64,000 nt of DNA from an uncultured Roseburia sp. (lineage in GTDB: Bacteria > Bacillota > Clostridia > Lachnospirales > Lachnospiraceae), in assembly GCA_964613325.1 (NCBI GenBank), contig CAZTGP010000004.1, forward strand, positions 23,768 through 87,767, written 5' to 3'. Within the stretch, counting starts at the first letter, position 1; every line of letters begins with the position of its first letter. The position numbers and the translations under genes were made by a program. The notes beneath the pieces are model-generated. The model saw only the letters and a program-made list of their open reading frames with translations. It was not told the origin of the DNA and made no database searches. Of the stretch, positions 50,012 through 58,789 are shown one piece after another.

Positions 50012-51077
50012 GTTTGATTTCCTCCCATAATTTTTGGATTGTAGTATTGTCTTCTTCATCTACAACTTTTTGAATCCCCTGTATAGCAGTGTCTCCAATA
50101 TCATCAATGGCACTTGTGGGCTTACAAATTTGTACGTAACGGATGGTGTTAGCATCGTAGGTTGGAGCAGCGTCAAATGCCAATGCTACTTCTTTGGCTT
50201 TGCGAAAAGCGTATTTGGCCTGGGTGCTGTCTTCATTATAGAAATGCATCATAGCTAGAACTCCCCAGAGCGTTGCTTCTGTTTTCTCTAAAAAATTCGT
50301 TTCATTTTCTCTCTTTAATCCCTTCATGATCGGAAGAAACCACAGAAGCACGTCAATAGCTGTTGCATAATCCTTCTGTTTATAGTATACGTTTACAAAA
50401 CCAATAGCAGTCTGAAGCAGAGTGCTAATAGAGTTGACAAGAGCAGAGGAAAGATAAGGAACTGCCTCATTTGGCTTATTACAGGAGCTTGCCAGGAAAA
50501 AGCCAATTGCAGAGTTATTTATATGGCAAGGATTGTTCCCTTTGAGAAGATCAACTGCTTTATCATCAGCATCTAATCCCACATGAATGTATGCCATATC
50601 AATCTGAATTTCCAGGTCGCTGATATCTTCATCCGTATTTTGGTCAATTAGAAGTCTGGCATGCTCTAGAAGTTCTAATGCCCGTGTCAGAAGTTCTTTG
50701 TCATGATGTTCAATTCCACGAATGCGATACAATTCTCCACAGTAATATACAATGTCAAAATTGTTTGGATATTTCTGTAGGGCTTTATCTGCTTCTAATT
50801 TCCAATTCTCATTATCGCGGTGGTGGATAAAGGCATGCAATCGATCCACAAGTTCTTTTCTACTATTATCCCGAAGTTCATATCCCAATAATACATCTAC
50901 AGATAGATCAAAAAAATCTGCCATCTCCACAATTAACTGAAGATCTGGTGTGGATAGCTTTGCTTCCCATTTATAGACAGCACCCGCTGTTACATGGAGA
51001 GCTTCTGCTAATTGTTCCTGAGTTAATTTATTTTTTTTACGCAACACTTTTATGTTTTCAGCAAGCTTTAGATTCAT
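49995..51077 (-). CDS. XRE HTH regulator with long helical (TPR-like) C-terminal domain
   Basis: LRKKNKLTQEQLAEALHVTAGAVYKWE..PD; ~290 aa helical tail; overlaps the ABC start. Confidence 0.85.
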   Translation of the reverse strand: MNLKLAENIKVLRKKNKLTQEQLAEALHVTAGAVYKWEAKLSTPDLQLIVEMADFFDLSVDVLLGYELRDNSRKELVDRLHAFIHHRDNENWKLEADKALQKYPNNFDIVYYCGELYRIRGIEHHDKELLTRALELLEHARLLIDQNTDEDISDLEIQIDMAYIHVGLDADDKAVDLLKGNNPCHINNSAIGFFLASSCNKPNEAVPYLSSALVNSISTLLQTAIGFVNVYYKQKDYATAIDVLLWFLPIMKGLKRENETNFLEKTEATLWGVLAMMHFYNEDSTQAKYAFRKAKEVALAFDAAPTYDANTIRYVQICKPTSAIDDIGDTAIQGIQKVVDEEDNTTIQKLWEEIKHEPIE

Positions 51078-51355
51078 TAGTGGCTCCTTCTCGAGTTAGG
51101 GCTCGTGTGATGATCTATTGTATCTTAGATTGATCAATTCTTTGATAGACTCATTATAGCAGTGTTGTAGAGGAAAATGAACACACAATTCGTATGATTT
51201 GGAGGACTATAAATATACCATTAGTATGAATAACGCGAAAAATAAACTTGAGAGAGAATGAGCGTGATTTCGAAATTCTTTCGGATTGATGTAATTATAA
51301 GAGGTGTGCTAGTATAGATACAGAAGTTTATTTCGAAAGATATAAGGGGGATAAG

Positions 51356-52258
51356 ATGAATCAAGAATTAGCAAAAGAATATATAAAGAAAAATGCAAGG
51401 CCATTGGAAAAAGCAACGTATCGTTACTATTTTGAAAATGGATCTAAGGCAGAAGCATTAGAGGAACTTCGCAAATATCAAAATGAAGATGGTGGATTTG
51501 GACATGCATTAGAATTAGATAATTGGAATCCACTTTCTAATCCTATTGCAACAAATGATGCAATCATCATTTTACATCGATTAGATGCAATGAACGAAGC
51601 AAAGAATATGGTAGAGGGAATTATTCGTTATATTAAGAGTCATGATTCTTTTGATGAGAATAGAAGACAGTGGCAATTCTGTATTGAATCAACCAAAGAT
51701 TATCCACATGCAATCTGGTGGGAGAAGGATGGAGATGGAGTGAATCCTTATAATCCTACGGTATCCATGGCAACATTCATGGTATGCTATGGAGAGAACA
51801 ATGCATTTTATCAGGATATTGTCCGTGATGCTTTCGAATTCCTACAAGATGAGAGTAATGAAATCAGTGGTGATGGAATGAAATGCTATATTCTTTGTTA
51901 TCAACTATTAAAAGAACATGGAATCACTGAAATCGTGGATTTAAGCAAGCTTAAAGATTTGGTTCATCATCGAATCAGCAATATCATATGTAAGGAAATC
52001 GATAAGTACGGAGTGGAGTATGTGCCGGTTCCATCGGATTTCTTTATTGAAAAAGATAGTGACTTCCTAGATGGGGAAATTACAAAACTGATTCAAGCGG
52101 AAATGGAAGTACTCGGAAAGCTCCAGAAGGATGATGGTGGCTTTGATATTTCATGGGAATGGTACACACCATATACAGAATTTGCACAGGCAAGAGACTG
52201 GTGGAGACCGAGACTTACAATTGATAAATTGTTGTTTGTCAGAAACTTTGGTAAATAA
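51356..52258 (+). CDS. Prenyltransferase/squalene-oxidase-repeat-like hypothetical protein
   Basis: YQNEDGGFG and LQKDDGGF QW-like repeats; HAIWW motif. Confidence 0.6.
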   Translation: MNQELAKEYIKKNARPLEKATYRYYFENGSKAEALEELRKYQNEDGGFGHALELDNWNPLSNPIATNDAIIILHRLDAMNEAKNMVEGIIRYIKSHDSFDENRRQWQFCIESTKDYPHAIWWEKDGDGVNPYNPTVSMATFMVCYGENNAFYQDIVRDAFEFLQDESNEISGDGMKCYILCYQLLKEHGITEIVDLSKLKDLVHHRISNIICKEIDKYGVEYVPVPSDFFIEKDSDFLDGEITKLIQAEMEVLGKLQKDDGGFDISWEWYTPYTEFAQARDWWRPRLTIDKLLFVRNFGK

Positions 52259-52406
52259 ATTGTTTGAATTTACATGTGGAAAATGAAAATAAGAAAATGT
52301 GGAATGGAAGATATGCAAATTGCGTTTCACTAGAAGAAGCAATGAATATGCTGGCAGAATAAGATAAGTGTGGCATAGATTGGTATATAGTAACAAGGAG
52401 TAATAC

Positions 52407-53234
52407 ATGGCAAATATTATTGAAATCATGGACTTTATGGCGCAGGAACTAGATGCGTATGCAAGATTAAATGAGGCTCAGCTTCTACATATCAACGAGC
52501 CAAAAGAGGGGATTTTCATTGCGGAAAGTCCAATCGTAGTGGAACGAGCATTGAACGCTGGTTATGTTCCAATTTCTATATTGGTGGATAAGAAGGATAT
52601 TGAGGGATCGGCGAAAAGTATGATCGCACGTTGCGGAGATATTCCAATTTATACTGCTGAGACAAATATCCTGACACAGCTAACAGGTTTTCAATTGACA
52701 CGAGGAATGCTGTGTGCAATGAAGCGCACAAAGCTTCCGTCGGTTGCAGATGTGTGTAAAAATGCAAAGCGTATTGCAATCTTAGAAGATGTAGTGAATC
52801 CTACCAATGTAGGAGCGATATTCCGTTCTGCAGCAGCATTAAATATGGATGCAGTTCTTTTAACCAGCGCGTGTAGTAATCCTTTGTATCGCCGTGCAAT
52901 CCGTGTGAGCATGGGAACAGTTTTTCAGATTCCATGGACAATCTGGAATTCAGACATTGATTGGCCAGATGCAGGGATGAAGGAACTTCATGAACTTGGA
53001 TTCAAGACAGCAGCAATGGCATTAACTGATCAATCGGTATCCATAGATGATCCGCAGGTTATGAAAGAAGAGAAACTTGCTATTATTCTTGGAACAGAAG
53101 GAGAAGGATTAAAGAAAGATACAATCGCGGCATGTGATTATACCATTCGAATTCCAATGACACATGGGGTGGACTCCTTGAATGTGGCAGCAGCAAGTGC
53201 AGTGGCGTTCTGGCAGTTGGGACATCGAAAATAA
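52407..53234 (+). CDS. TrmH/SpoU family RNA 2'-O-methyltransferase
   Basis: DVVNPTNVGAIFRSAAA, RRAIRVSMG, LGTEGEGL and IPM..VDSLNVAAA motifs. Confidence 0.92.
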   Translation: MANIIEIMDFMAQELDAYARLNEAQLLHINEPKEGIFIAESPIVVERALNAGYVPISILVDKKDIEGSAKSMIARCGDIPIYTAETNILTQLTGFQLTRGMLCAMKRTKLPSVADVCKNAKRIAILEDVVNPTNVGAIFRSAAALNMDAVLLTSACSNPLYRRAIRVSMGTVFQIPWTIWNSDIDWPDAGMKELHELGFKTAAMALTDQSVSIDDPQVMKEEKLAIILGTEGEGLKKDTIAACDYTIRIPMTHGVDSLNVAAASAVAFWQLGHRK

Positions 53235-53342
53235 ATTGCAAGGAAGAAATCGTGATTATGGGGAAACAATTGACAAGTGGATAATACCAAGTAGATAAAA
53301 ATGGAAATGTAACTGGAGTAAAATAGAATAAATGGGAGTTAT

Positions 53343-53837
53343 ATGGAAGTAAGAAAAAGTACAATAAATGATATGGATGAAATCCTAGCCATTTTTGATG
53401 TGGCAAAAGAATATATGGTTGCACATGGAAATACAACACAATGGGGAGATGGTTATCCTGGAGTAGATGTACTTACAAAGGATATTACAAATGAGGACAG
53501 TTATGTAATTACAGAAAACCGGGCTGTTGTGGGAACTTTCTCTTTTATTGTAGGGGATGAACCAACCTATCAGTTAATTGACAATGGCGCGTGGAATTAC
53601 AACAAATCATATGGAACAATTCACAGGCTGGCTTCAAGTGGAACCACCAAAGGAGTGGCAAAAGTCTGTTTTGATTTCTGTTCTAATCAGATTGATTATA
53701 TGAGAATTGATACACACGAAGATAATCACACAATGCAGGCAGCAATTGAAAGCTATGGATTTCAGAAATGTGGAACAATCTATGTAAGAGATGGTGCTAA
53801 GAGGATTGCTTATGACTATTTTTTAGATTTGTACTGA
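53343..53837 (+). CDS. GNAT family N-acetyltransferase
   Basis: QWGDGYP, TIHRLAS, RIDTHEDN and GFQKCG motifs. Confidence 0.85.
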   Translation: MEVRKSTINDMDEILAIFDVAKEYMVAHGNTTQWGDGYPGVDVLTKDITNEDSYVITENRAVVGTFSFIVGDEPTYQLIDNGAWNYNKSYGTIHRLASSGTTKGVAKVCFDFCSNQIDYMRIDTHEDNHTMQAAIESYGFQKCGTIYVRDGAKRIAYDYFLDLY

Positions 53838-53900
53838 TTTGCTCTACTATTTATTGCCATTGTCCCCGAAACACAAATCCCCTGTCCCCATTTATTGTGT

Positions 53901-54166
53901 TTTGTGAGGTATTTGAAAAAACTTACTATTACATCACATTTTATTGCAAAAATGGCTAAAATTCCATCTTAGGAAGCGTTTTTTTCACTTTGGTGTGATG
54001 TATACGAAATAATTCATTCTCCACATCACCGAATTCTTTGATTTCTGTGATGTGGTTTCCCTGTTTTTTCATATACCTCACAGATTAGTTGACATAATGG
54101 AAAATAAAGCATTAAATTTCCAGAAAATGTGATGTAAATAGTTGCTTTTTTCAAATACATCACAAA
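53901..54166. repeat. ORF-less element of four GTGA(T/G)GT(A/G)-N18/19-(T/C)AC(A/C)TCAC dyads with ~39-bp terminal inverted repeats
   Basis: Dyads at 53904-37, 53995-54029, 54047-81 and 54129-63. Unit 4 is the reverse complement of unit 1; unit 3 resembles the reverse complement of unit 2. Confidence 0.85.
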
Positions 54167-54215
54167 TCCTAACCTGTAGTGAAATATTATAAAGAAAATT
54201 TTAAGGAGAATACAA

Positions 54216-54845
54216 ATGATTGAAAAAGCCATTGAATATATAAAGAATTTTTTCTGTGAGGAATATAGTGGACATGATTATTGGCATTCCATGCGAGTGT
54301 ACCATACTGCCACTGAGCTTGCTAAAAAAGAAGGAGCAAATATAATGGTTGTGCAGCTAGCGGCATTGTTACATGACGTGGATGATATGAAGCTGTCTCC
54401 GGATACATATGAGAATAAGGAACACGCGGTATCGTTTCTGTCGGATGCGGGCGTTGATAACGAAACAATTCAATTTGTGTGTAACATAATCGACGATGTA
54501 TCCTATAAGGGGAATGAATCTGTTTGCCCAGCAACCATCGAAGGAAAATGCGTACAGGATGCAGATAGACTAGATGCAATCGGAGCCATTGGAATTGCAA
54601 GAGCATTTGCATATGGTGGGAATCATGACAGAATCATGTATGACCCAGATATCAAACCTCGAACAAATATGAGCGCAGAACAATATCGAAAGAATAAAGG
54701 TACAACCATAAACCATTTCTATGAGAAATTGTTCAAATTGAAGGAGCTTATGAATACAGAGACTGCAAAGCAAATTGCAGAGAATAGAGAGAAGTATATG
54801 CATGAGTTTATTGACGAATTCTTATTAGAATGGAATGGAAAATGA
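54216..54845 (+). CDS. HD-domain metal-dependent phosphohydrolase (YedJ-like)
   Basis: GHDYWHSMRV, ALLHDVDD, VQDADRLDAIGAIGIAR and HFYEKL motifs. Confidence 0.9.
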   Translation: MIEKAIEYIKNFFCEEYSGHDYWHSMRVYHTATELAKKEGANIMVVQLAALLHDVDDMKLSPDTYENKEHAVSFLSDAGVDNETIQFVCNIIDDVSYKGNESVCPATIEGKCVQDADRLDAIGAIGIARAFAYGGNHDRIMYDPDIKPRTNMSAEQYRKNKGTTINHFYEKLFKLKELMNTETAKQIAENREKYMHEFIDEFLLEWNGK

Positions 54846-54972
54846 AAAATGAACTTTTTAAGACCAATCCAATCAAAAAATAAACTTTTTGACTGAATAA
54901 TAAAGAAAATACAACGAAAGTTTAACTTTAACTTGAACTTACACCTATATAATGATATGCTCTTCTTGATAA

Positions 54973-55140
54973 AAATAAACTTTTAATAGAAATAATTTCT
55001 TTGAGTAGAAATAAACTGCTGAACAGAGAAACGATTTCTTTAAATAGAAATAAACTATTGAACAGAAAAATGAATTTTTTGAATAAAAAATAAACTATTG
55101 AATAGAAGAATATATTTTCAAATAGAGAAAATGAACTTCC
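54973..55140 (+). repeat. AT-rich tandem array, nine ~20-bp units, upstream of the HTH-AlaA gene
   Basis: Units start at 54973, 54990, 55009, 55029, 55048, 55068, 55088, 55108 and 55129; AAAT(A/G)AACT recurs about every 40 bp. Confidence 0.75.
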
Positions 55141-55183
55141 GAGAGCAAATATATGGATTTAGAAGGAAAAAGGAGCGCAGGTT

Positions 55184-56698
55184 ATGGCTGAAGCAATATT
55201 TACAGAACGATTTAATCAAGCGATGAACAGACAAGGCGTGAAACAGGTTGATCTGCTTCGAGCGGCGAATGCTGCAGGAGTAAAGCTTAGTAAGAGCCAG
55301 ATTAGTCAATACGTAAGCGGGAAAGCTGTTCCAAGAGAGAATATTGGGCATTTTCTTGCGAAGGAACTGAAGGTTGATGTTTCGTGGCTGTATGGAAAAG
55401 ACACGAAATCGTTTGTAGCTGATATTGCAAGCCTTGACACCTTGTCGAAGGATAGCGATACGGCAGTGGAGAGGAATAAGAGTATGCGTGAATTTAAGAA
55501 GTCATCGAAGTTAGATAATGTGTTATATGATGTTAGAGGACCCGTTGTAGAAGAAGCGAATCGTATGGAGGAAAATGGAACCCATGTGCTGAAATTGAAC
55601 ATTGGGAATCCAGCACCATTTGGCTTCCGCACACCAGACGAAGTGGTATATGATATGCAGAGACAGATTACGGAATGTGAAGGTTACTCTGCATCCAAGG
55701 GACTTTTTTCAGCAAGAAAAGCCATCATGCAGTATGCACAGCTGAAGAAGCTCCCAAATGTAACAATCAATGATATCTATACTGGAAATGGAGTTAGCGA
55801 ATTAATTAACTTAAGTATGTCAGCTCTTTTAGATAATGGGGATGAAGTACTTGTTCCATCACCGGATTATCCCCTTTGGACAGCGTGTGTAACACTTGCA
55901 GGTGGCAACGCAGTTCACTATATTTGTGACGAACAGTCTGAATGGTATCCGGATATGGAGGATATGAAAAAGAAGATTACGGATAAGACAAAGGCAATAG
56001 TTATCATTAATCCAAACAATCCAACTGGAGCCCTTTATCCAAGAGAAGTCCTTCAGCAGATTGTTGAGATTGCAAGAGAACACCAGCTTATCATTTTCTC
56101 AGATGAGATCTATGATCGCCTTGTTATGGATGGAGAGGAACATGTGTCTATCGCGTCTTTGGCTCCGGACCTGTTCTGTGTCACCTATAGCGGATTGTCC
56201 AAATCACATATGATTGCAGGATTTCGTATTGGCTGGATGGTATTAAGTGGCAACAAGAGCATGGCAAAAGATTACATTGAAGGCTTGAATATGTTGTCTA
56301 ACATGAGAATCTGTTCCAATGTTCCGGCGCAGTCAATTGTGCAGACAGCACTTGGTGGATATCAAAGTGTTCAGGAATATATTGTTCCAGGGGGACGTGT
56401 GTATGAACAGCGCGAGTATATCTACAAGGCATTGAATGATATCCCAGGAATCACAGCAGTGAAGCCAAAAGCAGCGTTCTACATTTTCCCAAAGATTGAT
56501 GTGAAGCGTTTCAATATCGTGGATGATGAGAAATTCGCGTTGGATTTATTGCGTGAAAAGAAGATCCTAATTGTTCATGGAGGCGGATTCAATTGGAAGG
56601 ACCCAGATCATTTCCGTGTGGTTTATTTGCCTCGTATGGAAGTACTGGAAGAGGCAGTTGGAAAATTAGGAGACTTCCTCAGCTATTATAAACAGTAG
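55184..56698 (+). CDS. alaA: N-terminal XRE HTH fused to class I/II PLP aminotransferase (AlaA-type glutamate-pyruvate transaminase)
   Basis: KQVDLL..KLSKSQISQYVSGKAVP HTH; LYDVRGPV, LKLNIGNPA, INPNNPTGA, SDEIYD and SGLSKSHMIAGFRIGW (PLP Lys) motifs. Confidence 0.88.
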   Translation: MAEAIFTERFNQAMNRQGVKQVDLLRAANAAGVKLSKSQISQYVSGKAVPRENIGHFLAKELKVDVSWLYGKDTKSFVADIASLDTLSKDSDTAVERNKSMREFKKSSKLDNVLYDVRGPVVEEANRMEENGTHVLKLNIGNPAPFGFRTPDEVVYDMQRQITECEGYSASKGLFSARKAIMQYAQLKKLPNVTINDIYTGNGVSELINLSMSALLDNGDEVLVPSPDYPLWTACVTLAGGNAVHYICDEQSEWYPDMEDMKKKITDKTKAIVIINPNNPTGALYPREVLQQIVEIAREHQLIIFSDEIYDRLVMDGEEHVSIASLAPDLFCVTYSGLSKSHMIAGFRIGWMVLSGNKSMAKDYIEGLNMLSNMRICSNVPAQSIVQTALGGYQSVQEYIVPGGRVYEQREYIYKALNDIPGITAVKPKAAFYIFPKIDVKRFNIVDDEKFALDLLREKKILIVHGGGFNWKDPDHFRVVYLPRMEVLEEAVGKLGDFLSYYKQ

Positions 56699-56709
56699 AA
56701 GAATTATGT

Positions 56710-56794
56710 TAGTAAAACAGTGGATGAAACTATAGCTAGTAAAACAGTGAAGGAAACTTTTGCTGGTAAATTAGTAACGGGTATCCTTAGTAAA
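56710..56794 (+). repeat. 27-bp degenerate tandem repeat after alaA
   Basis: tagtaaaacagtggatgaaactatagc / tagtaaaacagtgaaggaaacttttgc / a degenerate third unit. Confidence 0.7.
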
Positions 56795-56798
56795 TGAT

Positions 56799-56837
56799 AA
56801 GCAGGAGTTTAAGTTTTTCTTAAATTCCTGCTTTTTT
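56799..56837 (+). terminator. Intrinsic terminator
   Basis: aagcaggagtttaag/cttaaattcctgctt inverted repeat plus T tract. Confidence 0.85.
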
Positions 56838-56941
56838 GCTGGAAAAAATTGATATTCCCAAATTCCTTCACTATAATAAAATGATGTGAGATAAGGAAAC
56901 GATAGATTTGTGGAATAAGAAGCACATCAAGTAAGGAATGA

Positions 56942-57667
56942 TTGGAAATGAATATGGAGCGAATCGGAATTGGAAATACAGCAGAAGTATTTGCCTTCGA
57001 GAGAAATAAAGTATGTAAACTATTTCATGAAGGATATCCTCGCGAATGTGCAGAGATGGATTATCAGAATTCAAAGTTGGTAAATGAGTTAAACATTCCA
57101 TCTCCAAAGGCATATGAGCTGGTGAAGCTGAATGGAAGAAATGGAATTATATATGATCGTTTGTATGGCACAAGTCTGCTTGAATTGTTAATGGCTGGGT
57201 CCCAAAATGCTAAGCTAGTTCCACAGATGGTAAATCTTCAGAAAAGAATGTTAGAAAAGCACACAGAAGCGTGTACCAATTATAAGGATTTCCTACGGGG
57301 ATTGTTGTATGAAGATAATGAAGAGACTTTGATAATTCGTAAGAAGATAGATGCGTTGCCAGACGGAGATTGTCTATGCCACGGAGATTACCACCCAGGA
57401 AATGTATGGATCAATGAGAATGGTGAAGTTCAAGCCATTGACTTTATGAATATCTGCTTTGGACCACGAGAATATGATATCGCAAGGACGCATTTTCTTA
57501 TAACACAGGGCGGCATGCCAGAGGGATTAGCAGAAGAGCAGGAGAATTACATCAGACAGATGCAGCAGATTCTTGGCAAGGAATATCTGAAATTGATGCG
57601 TGTAGAAAAGGATGACTTAGAGAAATATCTTGATGTAATTGCAATTTGTAGAAAATATGAAGCGTAG
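56942..57667 (+). CDS. Aminoglycoside phosphotransferase/choline-kinase-like family protein
   Basis: IGIGNTAEVF, CHGDYHPGN (Brenner motif), IDFMN and YDIART motifs. Confidence 0.85.
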   Translation: MEMNMERIGIGNTAEVFAFERNKVCKLFHEGYPRECAEMDYQNSKLVNELNIPSPKAYELVKLNGRNGIIYDRLYGTSLLELLMAGSQNAKLVPQMVNLQKRMLEKHTEACTNYKDFLRGLLYEDNEETLIIRKKIDALPDGDCLCHGDYHPGNVWINENGEVQAIDFMNICFGPREYDIARTHFLITQGGMPEGLAEEQENYIRQMQQILGKEYLKLMRVEKDDLEKYLDVIAICRKYEA

Positions 57668-57753
57668 CATTGAACTATACGGATGCATCTGCCGAGAGGT
57701 ATTGGAAGAGACAGGAATTGTATTGTGTTATAGCACAGAAGGAGAGATAAATT

Positions 57754-58023
57754 ATGTATTATGTACCAGATGGAACAACAAAATGTGGATATTATGAATG
57801 TACAGAGTGTGGAAATCGATTCCTTTCACTTCTGATAGGACCTTCAATTGTGTGCCCAGCATGCGGTGAAGAAGTGGATATGGAAGTAGGACCGGATGAA
57901 GAAATGCCAACTGTAAAAGAAACAGCAAAATTATTGCAGGTAGTGGAAGGGGAAGAAGAAGTCGAAAAAATGGATGCTCTTCTAAGCCTTGCAGTTACCG
58001 GAGGAAATTTCGAGTGGATTTAA
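57754..58023 (+). CDS. Small zinc-ribbon-like hypothetical protein
   Basis: CTECG and CPACG pairs; AAGGAG RBS. Confidence 0.65.
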   Translation: MYYVPDGTTKCGYYECTECGNRFLSLLIGPSIVCPACGEEVDMEVGPDEEMPTVKETAKLLQVVEGEEEVEKMDALLSLAVTGGNFEWI

Positions 58024-58047
58024 GATGTAAATCTTAGGAGCAAAAAA

Positions 58048-58725
58048 GTGGAAAAGGGAAAGATAAAGCTAAAAACAAAGCGACTTATTATTGAACCTAT
58101 GGCAGATGATGAGATGGAACAACTGATTGCAGAAACCAAAGATTCGGCAATTAAGGCGGCATTTCAGAAAATGTATGATGATACCATGGATAATCCAGAA
58201 GACTGGCTATGGTATGTGCTATGGAAGATTTCTTTGAAAGATACAAAGAAGAAAATTGGAGAAGCTTGCTTCAAAGGACCAGCCCAGGATTATAGTGTGG
58301 AAATTGGCTATGGAATTGATGATACCATGCAGGGAAAAGGCTATATGACAGAGGCTGCAAGAGCATTGATCGATTGGGCGTTGAGCCAGCCGGATGTGTA
58401 TTTTGTGGAAGCAGAGACAACTGAGGATAATGTGCCTTCTAAGCGTGTATTAGAAAAGTTAAAATTCAAGGAAGACGGCAAGGGAGAAGAAGGACCGCGA
58501 TTTGTGCTAGAGCAAGCATTAACTGAGTGGATGCCTATCTTTATGCTGTTTGGAATATCCATTGGATCGGGAATTGGAAATCTTTCGGATTCAGTTGGGA
58601 TTGGAATGTGTATGGGGATGTCTGTCGGTTTACTTGTTGGGGTACTCATGGATAATCTTGAAAAGAAGCGCAGACAGAAAATACGAGAGGAACGCATGGC
58701 AAACAGAGTTGAAGCGAACCAGTAG
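58048..58725 (+). CDS. RimJ/RimL-type GNAT with C-terminal glycine-rich TM hairpin
   Basis: KTKRLII, VEIGYGI, QGKGYMTEA and SKRVLEKLKF motifs, then GISIGSGIG..GIGMCMGMSVGLLVG. Confidence 0.8.
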   Translation: MEKGKIKLKTKRLIIEPMADDEMEQLIAETKDSAIKAAFQKMYDDTMDNPEDWLWYVLWKISLKDTKKKIGEACFKGPAQDYSVEIGYGIDDTMQGKGYMTEAARALIDWALSQPDVYFVEAETTEDNVPSKRVLEKLKFKEDGKGEEGPRFVLEQALTEWMPIFMLFGISIGSGIGNLSDSVGIGMCMGMSVGLLVGVLMDNLEKKRRQKIREERMANRVEANQ

Positions 58726-58789
58726 AAATTGGTTTCATACCAAATTTATTTGGAAAGAACGCATATGATTGCATGCTGGGAGAAAAAGG

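Noticed and set aside
51172-51264. Tiny ORFs (MNTQFV*, MNNAKNKLERE*) as signalling peptides for the XRE-TPR regulator
   Set aside because: Too short or lacking a well-spaced RBS, and not hydrophobic like known SHP/PapR precursors.
53861-53889. tgtcccc repeats as REP-type sites
   Set aside because: Only two 7-bp direct copies, no complete palindrome and no associated transposase.
53901-54166. CRISPR array or CRP box interpretation of the dyad repeats
   Set aside because: The units flip orientation, spacing is irregular (91, 52, 82 bp) and no cas genes are present. The TGTGA...TCACA gap is ~25 bp, not the 6 bp of a CRP site.
54973-55140. Degenerate CRISPR array
   Set aside because: Units are contiguous ~20-mers without unique 30-40-bp spacers; low complexity.
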